From Malacoraja senta (taxonomy: Eukaryota): a stretch of DNA of 64,000 bases. Below the pieces are notes generated by a model. The model worked only from the letters and a program-made list of their open reading frames with translations. It ran no database searches and was not told the origin of the DNA. Below are positions 60,066 to 64,000 of the stretch, one piece after another. Where the stretch lies: assembly GCA_038087875.1 (NCBI GenBank), contig CM075992.1, forward strand, positions 3,536,001 to 3,600,000, read 5' to 3'. How positions within the stretch are numbered: the stretch's first letter is position 1; each line of letters starts with the position of its first letter. A program made the translations under genes and the position numbers.

Positions 60066-61775
60066 AGATTCCGGCGACAATCAGTGGAAGCCATCACTTG
60101 TTGCAGTAGATGATGGTGGTAGCAGAATTAGCTCGGGACACTTCCAGTTTCCAGCCCCGCGACCTGGATGCTTCTGCTATGGGGCCTTTATTATCATATG
60201 TATCAAGGACTCGAGTCCCAGCCTACTCAACCTCTACCTATTGCTCAGACTCTCTCGTCCTGGCAACATCCAGCATCCTCGTGAATCTTCTCTGTACTCA
60301 TTCCAGCTTGACAACATCTTTCCTATAACACGGTGCCCAGAACTGAACACAATACTCTAAATGTGGCCTCACCGACATCTTAAACAACTGCAACATGAAC
60401 TCCCAACCGCAAATCTCAAGTCTGGGGTTCAAGGCTAGATTCGGGGGTTCAGCCGACATTCAACTCTTGAGTAATTATAATTGCCAATGTTCTGAAATAA
60501 AAGCATGGGAATGAATGAATAACCGAAGATGGTTATTCAATCCCTTGAGCCTATCTTGCATCTTCCGTGGCATGAAGGCTTGGCAGTGAATCATATTCTG
60601 CATTTGATCCCATTGATCTGCAAATCACAGTTTTTGCTGCTTGCATGGTGGTGCAGCGGTAGAGTTGCTGCCTCACAGCGCCAGAGACCCGGGTTCGATC
60701 CTGACCACGGGTGCTGTCTGTATGGAGTTTGTACGTTCTCCCTGTGACCACGTGGGTTTTCTCCGGGTGCTCCGGTTTCCTCCCACACTCCAAAGACGTG
60801 CAGGCTTGTCTCTGTAAGTTGTCGCTGGCGTGCAGGATAGAACAAGTGTGTGGGTGATCGCTGGTCAGCGCAGACCGATGGGTCTGTTTCCACGCTGTAT
60901 CTCTAAATAAACAATATTAAGGAAGTAACTTTAAATACTGTAGATTCAATCAGCTATGAAAAACAATCTGGATTCCATGTCCCAGTAAAACAAATGGCCT
61001 TTTGTTTGAGTTGGGAAGGAGTTGGCAGACTGGGGAATCTGGAGCGGAGAAATGTAACAATGAACCATTGTCGGGGGGGAAAAGCCAGTGAGGTACGACA
61101 GAGAATGAGCCTCAGGTAATTGGTGAATTACTGGAGATAGACACAAAATGCTGGAGTAACTCTTGAATTTTCACGTCATTCCTATCATTTCATCATTAGG
61201 TATTGGACGAGTTCCTATACATCACCACAGATAGCCTGGCTCCAACAAGCACGGAAATCACATGCAAAGCAATGACAAGCAGTTGCCATGGTATGAGCGA
61301 GTGTGCAGTTAAATAAAGCAAAGATCTGTTTAAATAGAAACTGCAATAGAGGATTTGAAGACAGACTGGAGTAACTCAGCGGGACAGGCAGCATCCCTGG
61401 AGAGAAGGAATGGGTAACGTTTCTGGTCGAGACCCTTCTTCAGACTGAGATTCTGGGGAGAAGGAGACATAGAGATAAGGAAGTGTAAGGTGTGAGAATG
61501 TGACATTAAAGGGGATGCAGATCAAGGAGAATGTAGAATAGATCCTTGTTAGCGAGGAGAAGGTGACAACGTAGCATCTAGAGATAAAATTTAATCAAGG
61601 GGACAGTCAGACTGGTCGGAGAACGGGGATGGGGGGAGGGACGTAGAGAGCGGGGAATGCAAGGGCTACTTGAATTTAGAGAAGTCAATATTCATACCGC
61701 TGGGGTGTGAGCTGCCCAAGTGAAGTATGAGGTGTTCCTCCAATTTGTGCTGGGGCCTTTGTTGGCACTGAGTTA

Positions 61776-62004
61776 AGGGCCTGGCCCACTTGCGCGTCAT
61801 TTACGCGACATCGTTTATACGTCATGACGCATGATGAGCACGTTGTGACGTGCAGGTGATGCGCGCATTACAAGCGCATGGTGTGCATTACGCGTGCGTG
61901 GTGACGTAGGCAGTCGCGCGCGGCGCCCCAGGATTTTGGGATTCACAAAATCTTCGCGCGCCATCTGCGTGACGTGCAAATTACGCCCAAGTGGGACAGG
62001 CCCT
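61776..62004. mobile_element. PIF/Harbinger-like MITE, very CpG-rich
   Basis: AGGGCCTGGCCCACTT...AAGTGGGACAGGCCCT; TTA/TTA duplication. Confidence 0.85.
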
Positions 62005-64000
62005 TTAGCCTCTGTGCATACTTTGGGTGTGGGCACAGAGTCAGCCAGCTATCACAACAATTGTGTGGAGTGATCCAGATATCTCCCGCCCCTTTGTGGT
62101 CAGGCAGGATGGGATAAACAACTGCCCGGCTATCAGATGTAGCTTCATAGCAAAATGTATTGCACGGATGTACGAAGGGGCAGGTTTCAAGCAGGAGTGG
62201 GGAGCAGTCACAACCATTGTAGGTAGGAACTGCAGATGCCGGTTTACACCAAAGATAGACACAAAGTGCTGGAGTAACTCAGCGGGACAGGCAGCATCTC
62301 TGGAGAACATTGACAGGCGACAGGATGAAGAATCTGAAGAAGGGTTCCGACACGAAACGTCATCTATCCATGTCCTCCAGAGATGCTGCCTGACCAGCTG
62401 AGTTACTCCAGCACTTTGTGTTGTTGAGTGAGAGGCGGATGGAGAATTAGAGAATGGTTCTGAGATGTTAGGTCATAGAGTTATACAGAGCGGAAACAGG
62501 CCCTTCGGCCCACCGGGTCTGCGCCGACCGGTGATCCCCGCACATTAGCACTATCCTACACACACTAGAAACTTTTTTTTAACATTTACCGAGAAAATTA
62601 ACCTACAAACTCGTATGTCTTTGGTGTGTGGGAGGAAACCGAAGATCTCGGAGAAAACCCTCACAGGTCACGGGGAGAACGTACAAACTCTGTAGGGACA
62701 GCACCCGTAGTCGGGATCGAACCCGGGTCTCCGGCGCTGCGAGCGTCCCAAGCAGCAACTCTACCGCTGCGCCACTGTGGCCGCCCTGTGTGCAGTCTTT
62801 GTGCTGGATCACAGCCAGCGTGGGCCCTGGGGCCTTGTTCCCACCCTGTCAGCTCAAGCCTCACTCAATTAATGCGTTCTTTCCGCATTCCTCAGCCACT
62901 AATACATGAACCCATCAGTTCCTTTCCTGGCGTTGATCCAGTTAGGCTTCCAGCCCTGTTGGTATTTCTTAGAAGCTTCTTCCCTCAACTCATGATTACG
63001 GGTCTGAAGAAGAGTCTCAACCCGAAACAACACCTATTCTTTTCCTCCAGAGATGCTGTCTGATCCGCTGAGTTACTCCAACTTTTTGTGTCTATCTTCA
63101 ATACTATGAAGGTAGACAAAAATGCCGGAGAAACTCAGCGGGTGAGGCAGCATCTATGGAGCGAAGGAAATAGGCAACGTTTCGGGCCGAAACCCTTCTT
63201 CAGAACTTCAATACTATGAAGTTGCTTTGATTCAGGAACGCCAAGCATTGAAGGTGACCATTCAGCCTGCTGTCTTGTGCTAACCCTTTGATATATATCT
63301 CCAGCATTCAGATCCCAACCCTTTGTCAATTATCTGCAGTATTGATCCAGTGTTTATCCACTGCACTTACACGGATGCCTCTGTTATTGCTTACTAACAT
63401 AGAGGTGTCAGGGGTTACGGGGAGAAGGCAGGAGAATGGGGTTGAGAGGGAAAGATAGATCAGCCATGATCGAATGGCGGAGTAGATGTGATGGGCCGAA
63501 TGGCCATCATTCTGCTCCTCTCACTTATGAACCTATGAACTAAATTAATGTTTGGGTTATTCAAGTTGTTTTATTTGCCTTGGGATATTTATACCTGAAC
63601 TTTAAAGAATTGCTGGTGAGGCTTATTTAGTAGAAAAGTATGTTTGAATTTGAATCCGTGTCAATTTATTATTATGTCTCATTTAATTCCCACCACATAC
63701 AGATGTTCCACAGCTACAAAAGTGGACAACAATATTTTATTCATTGCTAATGTGTCCCCAGAGTTCTGGTGTGGTTTGTAACTGGGCCCGAGATAGCGAA
63801 TAGCTGGTCCAAACTACAAGGCTCATCTAGACTACTGTGGAAGGTTGGCCCTGATCTCGGGAAGATCACGATTCCTCTCGCAGTTGGCATTATCCCCACG
63901 TCCCCGCCCATAGCTCTCGATTCCCTGAATTTCCAGCAATCCACAATCAACATCTCCACAGCAACACATGAATAGGTCTCAGCAGTGGATTGTTCCAGAA

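Overview
Repeat-rich vertebrate genomic DNA. The repeat inventory (CR1 LINEs, tRNA-headed V/HE1-type SINEs, Penelope-like elements) points to a cartilaginous fish, probably a skate or ray; this is inferred. Four genes syntenic with human 19p13 can be read. (1) The 3' part of a PRR36-like DUF4596 gene (+; exons 2991-3166, 6278-8563, 12970-13421). (2) A complete C19orf67/UPF0575-like CDS (-; six coding exons, 34604 to 18475, 421 aa). (3) DNAJB1/Hsp40 (+; coding exons 48547-48757 and 49713-50302, last exon missing at a 200-N gap). (4) The last exon of GIPC1 (+; 52112-52260). The most striking observation is a ~135-bp retroposon (three copies, two with 11-12 bp TSDs, (GAA)n tail) whose first 54 nt fold by eye into a minimal HDV/CPEB3-like self-cleaving ribozyme. 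Also notable are many Penelope-derived minimal hammerhead ribozyme cores, and a G-rich minisatellite carrying nine RFX X-box-like motifs next to a perfect heat-shock element upstream of DNAJB1. The window further holds eight palindromic MITEs sharing one Harbinger-like TIR and a hAT MITE with a perfect 8-bp TSD. All structure and homology calls were made by eye and from recalled sequences, not by database search.
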